From IMG/VR virus record IMGVR_UViG_2609459839_000006: DNA of 18,736 nt. One strand, 5' to 3'. Positions 1 to 10,039 of the stretch are shown here, in pieces. How positions within the stretch are numbered: position 1 is the first letter of the stretch; every line of letters begins with the position of its first letter. The position numbers were made by a program, and so were the translations under genes. The notes under the pieces were generated by a model. That model saw only the letters and a list, made by a program, of their open reading frames with translations, did no database searches and had not been told where the DNA came from. The DNA is from a virus (lineage: Duplodnaviria; Heunggongvirae; Uroviricota; Caudoviricetes).

Positions 1-1284
1 TTACAGACTTCTGGAAGGTTGCGCAGCTCTTACAACACGCGGTTGATCTTCCGCAGCGTCTTCCAGCGCACTTAAATCACGGTCTTTCACCTCTGGCATT
101 TTCAGCGCAGAGATTAAACCAATCACTGAATATGCCATGATCATAATGGCGATCGGATACCAGGATTCCGTCATGGTGCAGAAAATACCCGCCAGGATAG
201 GACCAAAACCGGAAGCGATAAGACCACCAATTTCTTTAGAAATAGCCATCCGGGTAAAGCGGTTTTTACAGCCGAACATTTCTGCCATGGTAATGTTTTC
301 CAGAGCAAATAATCCCAGCACCGCACAGTTATGAATCACAATCAGTGCAACCATAATGGTGCTCGGGGCATAGCTTTTATCTACAATGATAGAAAGCATT
401 GGCCATGCCAGCACAATCGCGGAGGTATTCATAATAATATACGGGATCCGGCGACCAATTTTATCGGATAACCAACCAAGGAACGGAATGGTCATAAAGC
501 CGAGAATCGAACTGATCATCAATGCATCTGTTGGAATTGCTTTGTTAAACAATAACGTCTGCACTAAATAGCCTGCAAGGAAAGTCTGAATTAACCCGGA
601 GTTACCCGCCTGACCAAAACGCAGCCCTGTTGCCAGCCAGAAGGATTTGCTCTGGAACATGCTACCAGCAGGTGCAGGTTTTGCTGTCGGTTGGTTACTG
701 TCGTTAACCTTCTCAAAGACCGGGCTTTCTTTCAGATTCATACGCAACCAGATAGCAAAGACCATCACGACAACGCTCGCCAGGAACGGTATACGCCATC
801 CCCACGCCAGCAGTTCCTCTTTACTGAGAATGAAGAACATAAAGGCCCAGATTGCCGTTGCGCTCAAGGTTCCGCAGTTAGTTCCCATAGCCACAAATGA
901 GGAGATAATTCCGCGCTTACCTTTTGGCGCATATTCCGCCAGCATCGTACCGGCACCGGAAATTTCCGCACCTGCACCCAACCCCTGAATAATACGCAAC
1001 GTCACCAGCAAGATGGGTGCAAAAACACCAATCTGTGCATAGGTCGGTAACACACCAATTAAGGTGGTACAGATCCCCATCATGGTGATGGTAATAAAGA
1101 GCACTTTTTTACGCCCTATTCTGTCGCCCATTTTGCCGAAAATAAATGCTCCGACAATACGCGCCACATAACCTGCACCGTAGGTTCCCATTGCCAGAAT
1201 TAACGCCATTGCCGTTGATGATTCAGGAAAAAATATTTCATGAAACACTAACACTGCGCCGAGCGAATATAACTGGAAATCCAT
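1..1284 (-). CDS. ydfJ: MHS-family MFS transporter, 5'-truncated (probable pseudogene; about 30 N-terminal residues missing)
   Basis: 427-aa minus-strand ORF, ATG at 1282-1284; MFS loop motif GKMGDRIGRKK; ORF starts at the position of the conserved D-W/F-Y-D-F motif that in ShiA/KgtP/ProP-type homologs is preceded by roughly 25-35 residues. Confidence 0.85.
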   Translation of the reverse strand: MDFQLYSLGAVLVFHEIFFPESSTAMALILAMGTYGAGYVARIVGAFIFGKMGDRIGRKKVLFITITMMGICTTLIGVLPTYAQIGVFAPILLVTLRIIQGLGAGAEISGAGTMLAEYAPKGKRGIISSFVAMGTNCGTLSATAIWAFMFFILSKEELLAWGWRIPFLASVVVMVFAIWLRMNLKESPVFEKVNDSNQPTAKPAPAGSMFQSKSFWLATGLRFGQAGNSGLIQTFLAGYLVQTLLFNKAIPTDALMISSILGFMTIPFLGWLSDKIGRRIPYIIMNTSAIVLAWPMLSIIVDKSYAPSTIMVALIVIHNCAVLGLFALENITMAEMFGCKNRFTRMAISKEIGGLIASGFGPILAGIFCTMTESWYPIAIMIMAYSVIGLISALKMPEVKDRDLSALEDAAEDQPRVVRAAQPSRSL

Positions 1285-1888
1285 AATTCACAGGTGTTTT
1301 TTCCCATCCTGTGGTTTCCTTGGCGTTTTCTAGGTTTTTTCAGATAGTTGCATTTTTTTAAAAAGCATCCTAAGTTCGATCTCAGTGTCTATCTGGGGCC
1401 TATTTCTGTCCCATATATGCCCCAAAAAAACTCCCCAACAGATAAGTAGTTTTTTCATGGATTTATGCGTAAAATCAAGAACGGCTGGAAATCATTCAAT
1501 ACTCACACTATCGAAAAATTTACCAGCCAATCGCAGCACGTTCTTGCATAAGGTGTGTCTGCGGTTTTTCAACTATTCAGATACATCACTCCCATCACAT
1601 TCATTCCTCCGCATCAAAGGCATATAGGCTATATCACCTTGATATTTTTCTTTTTCAGATAAAAACTGTTATCTATGTATACTTTTAAACCCAATCCGTG
1701 TAGAGTCTCTACATAAGATAGTTTGCAGTTGCCGCTTCAGCTTGCGCCATAAACCGCCTGATTTTTGCTGCCACCTGTTAGCATTCCTGTATACCTGAAA
1801 CGACAATGTTTATCTACGAACTTTAAGAACACCCAAGATAAAAATTGTCAACTATATCATATATAACACATTACTAATTCGAGGCTAT

Positions 1889-2002
1889 ATGAACAGCATA
1901 CTGATAATCACATCTCTCCTTATCATATTCAGCATTTTTAGTCATGCCCTAATAAAATTAGGGATTGGCATATCCAATAACCCAGACAAAACCGATGTAT
2001 AA
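1889..2002 (+). CDS. candidate 37-aa hydrophobic small protein (unverified)
   Basis: ATG 1889-1891 preceded by GAGG at 1881-1884; translation [37 protein letters not shown], stop TAA 2000-2002; several rare ATA/CTA codons and AT-rich context, so may be chance. Confidence 0.25.
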
Positions 2003-2070
2003 GTCAACATATCCTGAATCAGACATACAATATCGCAATGAAAATCAATAATATTTTAAGGAATATCTTC

Positions 2071-2304
2071 ATGAAATCAAAAGACACCCTAAAGTGGTTC
2101 CCTGCGCAGCTTCCTGAAGTAAGAATTATCCTAGGGGATGCTGTAGTGGAAGTAGCAAAACAGGGAAGACCTATCAATACCAGAACATTGCTTGATTACA
2201 TTGAAGGAAACATAAAGAAAAAATCATTGCTGGATAACAAAGAATTATTACAAACAGCGATATCAGTTCTTAAAGACAACCAAAATTTAAATGGTAAAAT
2301 GTAA
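2071..2304 (+). CDS. ydfK: small prophage protein YdfK (cold-shock-associated)
   Basis: ORF track 2038-2304; internal ATG at 2071 (MKSKDTLKWFPAQL...) has AAGGA at 2058-2062 and gives the 77-aa protein I recall as YdfK. Confidence 0.8.
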   Translation: MKSKDTLKWFPAQLPEVRIILGDAVVEVAKQGRPINTRTLLDYIEGNIKKKSLLDNKELLQTAISVLKDNQNLNGKM

Positions 2305-2620
2305 TATAATAAACTTACTTTTTTATCATTTTTCCACTTTAACAACATTTTGCTCCACTTTTCCACGACCAAACAACTTGAAATCTGGTTAAAATAACAC
2401 GCAACACTATTCTTCTTCCTTGAGTCCGCCCGGAACTCGAAAAACAAACCGAGTTAAAGCCATTTTTCACAAAATCGATTTTGGGTCTCACCAAAATTAC
2501 GGGGTTGCATACGCATTCGTTTATTTTCGAACGTGTACATACAAATATGCACAAAAATAATCATAATTATTTTCTGAGATGCATTATGATATGAACACCA
2601 ATTTCGTATAGAGTCTCACT

Positions 2621-3211
2621 ATGTCTCAAATTTTTGCTTACTGTCGGATATCAACGCTGGATCAGACCACCGAAAATCAACGCCGGGAAATCGAAAGTGC
2701 AGGTTTTAAAATCAAACCTCAGCAAATAATCGAAGAACACATTAGCGGCTCAGCAGCAACCAGTGAGCGTCCTGGTTTTAACCGGTTGCTTGCTCGCCTG
2801 AAATGTGGTGATCAATTGATTGTGACAAAACTGGATCGCCTTGGTTGTAATGCAATGGATATCAGGAAAACAGTGGAACAACTGACCGAAACAGGTATCA
2901 GAGTGCATTGCTTAGCATTGGGGGGCATTGACCTGACCAGTCCAACAGGAAAAATGATGATGCAAGTAATTTCAGCAGTCGCTGAATTTGAACGAGACCT
3001 TTTACTTGAACGCACTCATTCCGGGATAGTAAGAGCCCGCGGCGCAGGGAAACGTTTTGGTCGACCACCTGTGTTAAATGAAGAACAGAAACAGGCGGTA
3101 TTCGAACGAATTAAGTCAGGTGTAAGTATAAGTGCCATTGCCCGGGAATTCAAAACCTCGCGGCAAACCATTTTAAGAGCCAAAGCAAAACTTCAGACAC
3201 CTGACATATAA
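2621..3211 (+). CDS. pinQ: serine recombinase, Gin/Hin/Pin-family DNA invertase
   Basis: 196-aa ORF; N-terminal resolvase catalytic domain (..YCRISTLDQ.., ..[10 protein letters not shown]..) and C-terminal HTH; ATG at 2621, TAA at 3209-3211. Confidence 0.95.
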   Translation: MSQIFAYCRISTLDQTTENQRREIESAGFKIKPQQIIEEHISGSAATSERPGFNRLLARLKCGDQLIVTKLDRLGCNAMDIRKTVEQLTETGIRVHCLALGGIDLTSPTGKMMMQVISAVAEFERDLLLERTHSGIVRARGAGKRFGRPPVLNEEQKQAVFERIKSGVSISAIAREFKTSRQTILRAKAKLQTPDI

Positions 3212-3308
3212 AAAATAATCTCGGTGTGAGATGCTTTACGTCTTCCAAGCCCCCTTCCTTGCCGTAAATGGAAAGATACATCTAATTATAGAATTTATAT
3301 GTTTTACC

Positions 3309-3884
3309 CTACGGCAGTGCTGGCCATTCAATATCCTGTGCAGTTGACGTATCAACACGGTTCAGCAATACCCGATACTTTTTCCATGCTTCCAGCAACG
3401 AGATTTCTTCCTCCGTTGCAATTTCCAGATCTGCAGCATCCTGAAGCGGCGCAATATGCTCACTGGCTACCTGCATCAGGTTGTTTTTTGTTTCTTCCGC
3501 CTCCCGGATCCGGAACAGTTTTTCTGCTTCCGTATCCTTCACCCAGGCTGTGCCGTTCCACTTCTGAAACTCCCCTTCCGGCGATAACCAGGTAACATTT
3601 TCCGGTAACGGACCGAGTTCAGAAATAAATAACGCGTCGCCGGAAGCCACGTCATAAACCGTTTTACCCCGATGATCTTCAACGAGATGCCACGATGACT
3701 CATCACTGTTGAAAACAGCCACGAAGCCAGCCGGAATATCTGGCGGTGCAATATCGGTACTGTTTGCTGGCAGACCTGTATGAGGCGGAATATATGCATC
3801 ACCTTCACCAATAAATTCATTAGTTCCGGCCAGCAGATTATAAATTTTTATGGTCCGTGGTTGTTCACTCATTCTGAATGCCAT
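3309..3884 (-). CDS. tfaQ: tail fibre assembly protein
   Basis: 191-aa [20 protein letters not shown]...; recognised Tfa family; ATG at 3882-3884 overlaps stfQ stop (TAATG). Confidence 0.9.
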
Positions 3885-4786
3885 TATGCAAGCCTCACAA
3901 TATAGTTAAATGCGATGTTTTTGACGGTGTTTTCCGCGTTACCAGCAGCGTTAACGGTGATGGTGTGTCCATGTGAACCAATCGCAACGGAGTGCGTATG
4001 AGCACCAATACCGACAGTATGTGCATGCGCGCCTGCGCTTGCAGCAGTGCCGGACAGCGAGTGGGTATGAGCACCATCTGATGATGTCTTCCCTGCATTA
4101 CGAGTCTGGCCACTACCGCTTGTTGTGCTCATAATCCCCGCGCTTAGATTTGAAATCGCGGTATAACCATTAGGGAAAATGCTCGTGTTCGTGCCACCAA
4201 ATGCACCGGAACTCTTGTGTTGGTGCGCACCGGCACTATTTGCGGTCCCGCTAATACTATGGGTATGCGCCCCGGTGTTATTCGTGGATTTGGTTCCGTA
4301 ATCAAACGACGATGTGGTTTTCGTCCCCAAATCCGTACTGGATGCGCTGGCGCTGTGGGTGTGCGATTTAATGCCGTCCTGTTCCTGAGATAATACGGCC
4401 CGACCACTGGCGGGCTTGCCCTTAATCGTCCAGCCACGCATATCAGGGATCACGCCTGACGGATAAGCAACTGCAAGTTTCGGGTATGCAGATTTGTCAA
4501 AAGTCTGCCCCTGCATCAGGGCATAACCAGACGGAACGGTATCTGATGGCCACGGGATTGGTGCACCGACTGGATAAAACTCTGCAGGAGGATGAGCCGA
4601 GGTGTAAAGCTGCGCCCACGGCGACCAGTTTGCGTCGGTCGTATCCCGTCGTGAACGAATAAATGCCGGAGCATGAGCACCGCTTGTACCACTCCAGCCG
4701 ATGAGTAACTCACCTTCGCCAACGGCTGTCATCCCTTTCAGGTGAATGATATTTCCATACGCTGTTGGATATCCGTTGTTATACAC
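3884..4786 (-). CDS. stfQ: side tail fibre protein, C-terminal remnant
   Basis: 300-aa ORF rich in Gly/Ser/Thr/His repeats (GAHTHS.., SAGAHAH..) typical of tail-fibre distal domains; ORF-track start is GTG at 4784-4786, but the same frame is open upstream to about 4867, across the deletion junction near 4838. Confidence 0.8.
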
Positions 4787-4836
4787 CTCGTATAACTCAA
4801 GACCTGCTGCCCCCTGCGTATTGTCTGTCAGCGCGG

Positions 4837-5082
4837 TTAACCGACACGGGCAGACTTCACCACATTCACCTCACGGATGTAGTCGCTGCCCATCGCATTC
4901 ATGATGGCCCGCTGAAAGGGCAGTGTTTCCCAGCGCCCTTCCTGGTATGCGGATTCTTTCGGGAGATAGTAATTGGCATCCGCCCATTCAACGGCGGTCT
5001 GTGGCTCCGGCCTGAACAGTGAGCGAAGCCCGGCGCGGACAAAATGCCGCAGCCTGTTAACCTGACTGCTCGATATATTCAC
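4837..5082 (-). pseudogene. terminase large subunit (lambda A-like), N-terminal 81-codon fragment
   Basis: [81 protein letters not shown] matches the N-terminus of lambda gpA as I recall it; GTG start at 5080-5082 overlaps nohA 3' end as in lambda; homology stops at codon 81. Confidence 0.85.
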
Positions 5083-5602
5083 TCAGCAACCCCGGTATCA
5101 GTTCATCCAGCGCGGCTGCTTTGTTCATGGCTTTGATGATATCCCGTTTCAGGAAATCAACATGTCGGTTTTCCAGTTCCGGAAAACGCCGCTGCACCGA
5201 CAGGGGGATCCCGTCGAGAATACTGGCAATTTCACCTGCGATCCGCGACAACACGAAAGTACAGAATGCGGTTTCCACCACTTCAGCGGAGTCTCTGGCA
5301 TTCTTCAGTTCCTGTGCGTCGGCCTGCGCACGCGTAAGTCGATGGCGTTCGTACTCAATAGTCCCTGGCTGGAGATCTGCCTCGCTGGCCTGCCGCAGTT
5401 CTTCAACCTCCCGGCGCAGCTTTTCGTTCTCAATTTCAGCATCCCTTTCGGCATACCATTTTATGACGGCGGCAGAGTCATAAAGCACCTCATTACCCTT
5501 GCCACCGCCTCGCAGAACGGGCATTCCCTGTTCCTGCCAGTTCTGAATGGTACGGATACTCGCACCGAAAATGTCAGCCAGCTGCTTTTTGTTGACTTCC
5601 AT
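5057..5602 (-). CDS. nohA: terminase small subunit, lambda Nu1 homolog
   Basis: 181-aa ORF MEVNKKQLADIFGASIRTIQNWQEQGMPVLRGGGKGNEVLYDSAAVIKWYAERD... is near-identical to lambda Nu1 as recalled; ATG at 5600-5602. Confidence 0.95.
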   Translation of the reverse strand: MEVNKKQLADIFGASIRTIQNWQEQGMPVLRGGGKGNEVLYDSAAVIKWYAERDAEIENEKLRREVEELRQASEADLQPGTIEYERHRLTRAQADAQELKNARDSAEVVETAFCTFVLSRIAGEIASILDGIPLSVQRRFPELENRHVDFLKRDIIKAMNKAAALDELIPGLLSEYIEQSG

Positions 5603-5830
5603 TGTTCATTCCACGGCCAAAAACAGAGAAAGGAAACGACAGAGGCCCAAAAGCTCGTTTTCAGCACCTGTCGTTTCCTTTCTTTTTAGGGGGTATTTTA
5701 AATAAAAACATTAAGTTACGACGAAGAAGAACGGAAACGCCTTAAACCGGAAAATTTTCATAAATAGCGAAAACCCGCGAGGTCGCCGCCCCGTAACCTG
5801 TCGGATCACCGGAAAGGACCCGTAAAGTGA
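5603..5830 (-). other. lambda-type cos site (cosB-cosN-cosQ); cosN 12-nt cohesive-end sequence at 5780-5791
   Basis: Reverse complement of 5780-5791 is GGGCGGCGACCT; flanks read GATCCGACAGGTTACG / CGCGGGTTTTCGCTATTTATGAAAATTTTCCGG, matching the lambda termini as recalled. Confidence 0.85.
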
Positions 5831-5990
5831 TAATGATTATCATCTACATATCACAACGTGCGTGGAGGCCATCAAACCACGTCAAATAATCAATTATGAC
5901 GCAGGTATCGTATTAATTGATCTGCATCAACTTAACGTAAAAACAACTTCAGACAATACAAATCAGCGACACTGAATACGGGGCAACCTC

Positions 5991-6224
5991 ATGTCAACGA
6001 AGAACAGAACCCGCAGAACAACAACCCGCAACATCCGCTTTCCTAACCAAATGATTGAACAAATTAACATCGCTCTTGAGCAAAAAGGGTCCGGGAATTT
6101 CTCAGCCTGGGTCATTGAAGCCTGCCGCCGGAGACTGTGCTCAGAAAAAAGAGTTTCTTCTGAAGCAAACAAAGAAAAGAGTGACATTACTGAATTGCTC
6201 AGAAAACAGGTCAGACCAGATTGA
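5991..6224 (+). CDS. ynfO: small basic protein, possible ribbon-helix-helix DNA-binding fold
   Basis: 77-aa ORF MSTKNRTRRTTTRNIRFPNQMIEQINIALEQKGSGNFSAWVIEACRRRL...; ATG at 5991; fold assignment is inference from the sequence pattern. Confidence 0.6.
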   Translation: MSTKNRTRRTTTRNIRFPNQMIEQINIALEQKGSGNFSAWVIEACRRRLCSEKRVSSEANKEKSDITELLRKQVRPD

Positions 6225-6281
6225 AGCAATTTAGATAATCGTGCAGACTACGCCCCCTCATATCACATGGAAGGTTTATCT

Positions 6282-6692
6282 ATGGATCAGGTAGTCATTT
6301 TTAAACAAATATTTGATAAAGTTCGAAACGATTTAAACTATCAATGGTTTTATTCTGAGCTAAAACGTCACAATGTCTCACATTACATTTACTATTTAGC
6401 CACAGAGAATGTTCATATTGTATTAAAAAATGATAATACAGTGTTATTAAAGGGCCTAAAAAACATTGTGTCTGTCAAATTTTCAAAGGATAGGCATCTT
6501 ATAGAAACGACCTCTAATAAGCTGAAATCCAGAGAGATCACATTTCAGGAATACAGAAGAAACCTTGCTAAAGCAGGAGTTTTTCGGTGGGTTACAAATA
6601 TCCACGAACAAAAAAGATATTACTATACCTTTGATAATTCATTACTATTTACTGAAAGCATCCAGAAAACTACACAGATCTTACCACGCTAA
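6282..6692 (+). CDS. ydfO: DUF1398-family prophage protein
   Basis: ORF track 6267-6692; internal ATG at 6282 (MDQVVIF...) has GGAAGG at 6269-6274; TAA at 6690-6692. Confidence 0.75.
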
Positions 6693-6843
6693 ACCATAAC
6701 GTCCGGCTTCTCTCACTCCTGAGCCGGACTGCATTGGTTTAATAAAAACCATCAACAATTGTGATTTAGATATTCGGAACCATTCAAATATAACAAAACC
6801 CCGTAAAAACGAGGTTTATGGATAAATTTTATTATTGAATACA

Positions 6844-7017
6844 TCAGATTAAATTAATCTTGACATCATAGCTTTCAAGACCCGTCATTTTTTCCCGTGC
6901 GGTAAACTGAATACTGGTAACTTCTTTCCCGGTCTTTTTCTTAAGTTCAATAATTTTTTTTGTTATATATTCAGAAATATCTGCTTCTGCTTTTGTTTTT
7001 AAGTTTTCAATATTCAT
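6844..7017 (-). CDS. gnsB: GnsA/GnsB-family small protein
   Basis: Not in ORF track (under 60 aa); hand translation of minus strand gives MNIENLKTKAEADISEYITKKIIELKKKTGKEVTSIQFTAREKMTGLESYDVKINLI (57 aa); AGAGGA upstream of the ATG at 7015-7017. Confidence 0.8.
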   Translation of the reverse strand: MNIENLKTKAEADISEYITKKIIELKKKTGKEVTSIQFTAREKMTGLESYDVKINLI

Positions 7018-7188
7018 CATTTCCTCTTTTAGTCTGTTATGACTTTCCAGTTACACAGTAAGTCGATTATATGGTGCAAACGTGTAAAAGATAAGATGAA
7101 ACATCGCAATAATCAACATACGATAGTCTAAATTTTACACAAACAGACAAAGAGAATTTTCCTGAATTATCAATGCAATAGCATCAAA

Positions 7189-7344
7189 TCAACTCAAGAG
7201 CCTTATTGCTGCTTCCAGAATTTCTTCTGAAGTAACATGTCGATCCGCGGCTACATAAATGACTTTATGATCTCCGGTCAGAGATGGAAACCCTGCGGCC
7301 ATTACAGTAAGGTGTGTTTTTTCGCCATTTGGATATTCACGCAT
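7189..7344 (-). CDS. ynfN: small prophage protein YnfN (cold-shock-associated)
   Basis: ORF track 7189-7380 starts at GTG; internal ATG at 7342-7344 gives the 51-aa MREYPNGEKTHLTVMAAGFPSLTGDHKVIYVAADRHVTSEEILEAAIRLLS that I recall as YnfN; start choice uncertain. Confidence 0.6.
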   Translation of the reverse strand: MREYPNGEKTHLTVMAAGFPSLTGDHKVIYVAADRHVTSEEILEAAIRLLS

Positions 7345-7460
7345 GATGGTGTTAACTCCAGTCATCGCTGGCACTACCACTGCTGGTTCAGAGTTAAAAA
7401 AACTATGATTTTTTTCATGATGTTACCGTAGTATGTGAGTATCCATCGAATAGACACCAA

Positions 7461-7484
7461 GCAAAAAAGCTCCCGAAGGAGCCT
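7461..7484 (-). terminator. intrinsic terminator downstream of cspI
   Basis: GCTCC-CGAA-GGAGC hairpin at 7469-7482, followed on the minus strand by a T-run (plus-strand A-run 7463-7468). Confidence 0.5.
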
Positions 7485-7689
7485 TCATTTTCACTTTTTT
7501 AAATCCAACGACAGACGGCTGGCATTTAAGTATTGTGAAATATTATCAAATGTAATCATCATTGATTTACAAAAGATACATTTTGCCCCGAAAGGATTCA
7601 TGTCAGAAACATCAAAAGATGATGTTCTATACTGGGAACCATGACAACACGGGCATCTAAAGTGAATATGGTTTGTAATATTGTCTACC

Positions 7690-7902
7690 TCAAAGCGCCA
7701 CTACATGAACAGCGGCAGGACCTTTAGGTCCGTTCTCAATACCAAATTCAACTTCCTGATTCTCAGTTAATGTTTTGAAATCGTTGCTCTGAATTGCTGA
7801 GAAATGGACAAACACATCTTTGCTGCCATCTTTCGGCGTGATGAAACCAAAACCTTTTTCAGGGTTAAACCATTTCACTAAACCAGTCATTTTGTTAGAC
7901 AT
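7690..7902 (-). CDS. cspI: cold shock protein, CspA family
   Basis: 70-aa [70 protein letters not shown] with RNP1/RNP2 motifs; ATG at 7900-7902. Confidence 0.95.
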   Translation of the reverse strand: MSNKMTGLVKWFNPEKGFGFITPKDGSKDVFVHFSAIQSNDFKTLTENQEVEFGIENGPKGPAAVHVVAL

Positions 7903-8264
7903 AATTATTACCTTTTGAAGAAATTAGCCCTTGGGCAGAATGGTCCGAAAAAAAATATCAGAGAGAAAAACCAACAAGGAAATCTCAAGAGGTACAAATA
8001 ATAAAATTATAACAATGACTGCTTCAGATAAATTTGTAACAAACCAGAACACCATTAACGCATGATTAACCACCCATAGCAAGGATTACTTTTGTAAAGA
8101 AAAACACAGCAATGAAAGAATAGCTTTATTTATTAATAAAACGTGTCATTCTGATTAAGACCTTTTATCTTACCCTTAAGATTTCAGGAATTTTGGCTCA
8201 TGGAAGAGTCCTTTTTATTTAAATTTTACATTCCGCGATGTAAATGTTCCGATTTAATATTACC

Positions 8265-9288
<1,024 letters not shown>

Positions 9289-9292
<4 letters not shown>

Positions 9293-9600
9293 AGATATTT
9301 ATGATGAGGACGCTCGTGCTTATTGGCAGGATTTTCAATCTTAAAGGAGTACTGATGCTGCAGATAAGACTCAACTTTTTCTGACAATTTTTCTGCTACT
9401 TCCAGGAAGACTTGCCGGACGCTCCTTCTGGCTGCTGCCTCATAAAACTCCAGCGCAGCTCCTTCAACACGGTCCATGTCGACATCCAGGTCAAAAATTT
9501 CACCGTCAAAGCGTTCTTTGTCCTGTAAGGCTACAGTTACCGTAACTTTATTCTCAAAATTACGGACTCCTTTCACAACCAGTTCATAGTCTTGAGTCAT
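9289..9600 (-). CDS. ydfR: hypothetical protein within lysis cassette
   Basis: 103-aa ORF MTQDYELVVKGVRNFENK...; ATG at 9598-9600 with strong SD (GAGGAGAG); sits between holin and endolysin. Confidence 0.75.
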
Positions 9601-9604
9601 TGGA

Positions 9605-9820
9605 TTACTCTCCTCTCGCAGCCTTACGCCTGTCTTCTTTAATCTTGAAATAAAGATTTGTCAGATACGTCAGCAGGCCAAAAACCAGGCTACCCAGCAC
9701 ACCGATTGCAGCCCACTGTGACGGAGTTACTTTATCGAGTAACTGCAATGCCCAGAAACCAGCATTACCCGCCGATGTGCCATAGGCAACACCTGTTGTT
9801 AACTTATCCATTGATTTCAT
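9605..9820 (-). CDS. essQ: pinholin, phage 21 S-like, with dual-start motif
   Basis: ORF track 9605-9895; Met at 9818-9820 gives 71-aa [28 protein letters not shown]...[12 protein letters not shown], resembling S21 pinholin as recalled; second Met at codon 4. Confidence 0.85.
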   Translation of the reverse strand: MKSMDKLTTGVAYGTSAGNAGFWALQLLDKVTPSQWAAIGVLGSLVFGLLTYLTNLYFKIKEDRRKAARGE

Positions 9821-10039
9821 ATCCTCACCCCGATGTACACGGATGGTGCAATATGTTTGAAAAGATCGGAGTCTACGGGGTAGTTTTGACAGCACACGTT
9901 GTTCTCAACGGCGCTAAAAAAACATACACATTAAAAATGTGGGTAATTATTTTGAAAGAAAGTCATATATAAAATAATAATACGAGAAATGTTTTCATAT
10001 TTAGTGTACTGTATACGGCCATTTATACAGGAAAAGCCT

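Noticed and set aside
137-988. Plus-strand ORFs 137-334, 386-571, 647-988 and 691-900 inside ydfJ
   Set aside because: Shadow ORFs antisense to a well-supported transporter gene; no SD or family resemblance.
1385-1627. 80-aa plus-strand ORF in the AT-rich region beyond the ydfJ junction
   Set aside because: No SD, Cys/Ser-rich low-complexity translation, likely non-coding.
1691-2618. Imperfect direct repeat CCAATCCGTGTAGAGTCTC (1691-1709) versus CCAATTTCGTATAGAGTCTC (2597-2617), the second just upstream of the pinQ start
   Set aside because: Only a 13-mer core with one mismatch plus an indel; matches of this quality are expected by chance many times in a window this size, and the orientation is direct rather than inverted.
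3299-4722. ORFs overlapping tfaQ/stfQ (3299-3595 plus; 3539-3820, 3895-4113, 4144-4437 and 4516-4722 minus)
   Set aside because: Alternative frames of recognisable tail-fibre genes with low-complexity translations.
5121-5689. Plus-strand ORFs 5121-5483 and 5162-5689 and minus ORF 5461-5667 over nohA/cos
   Set aside because: Antisense or overlapping frames of the Nu1 homolog and the cos region.
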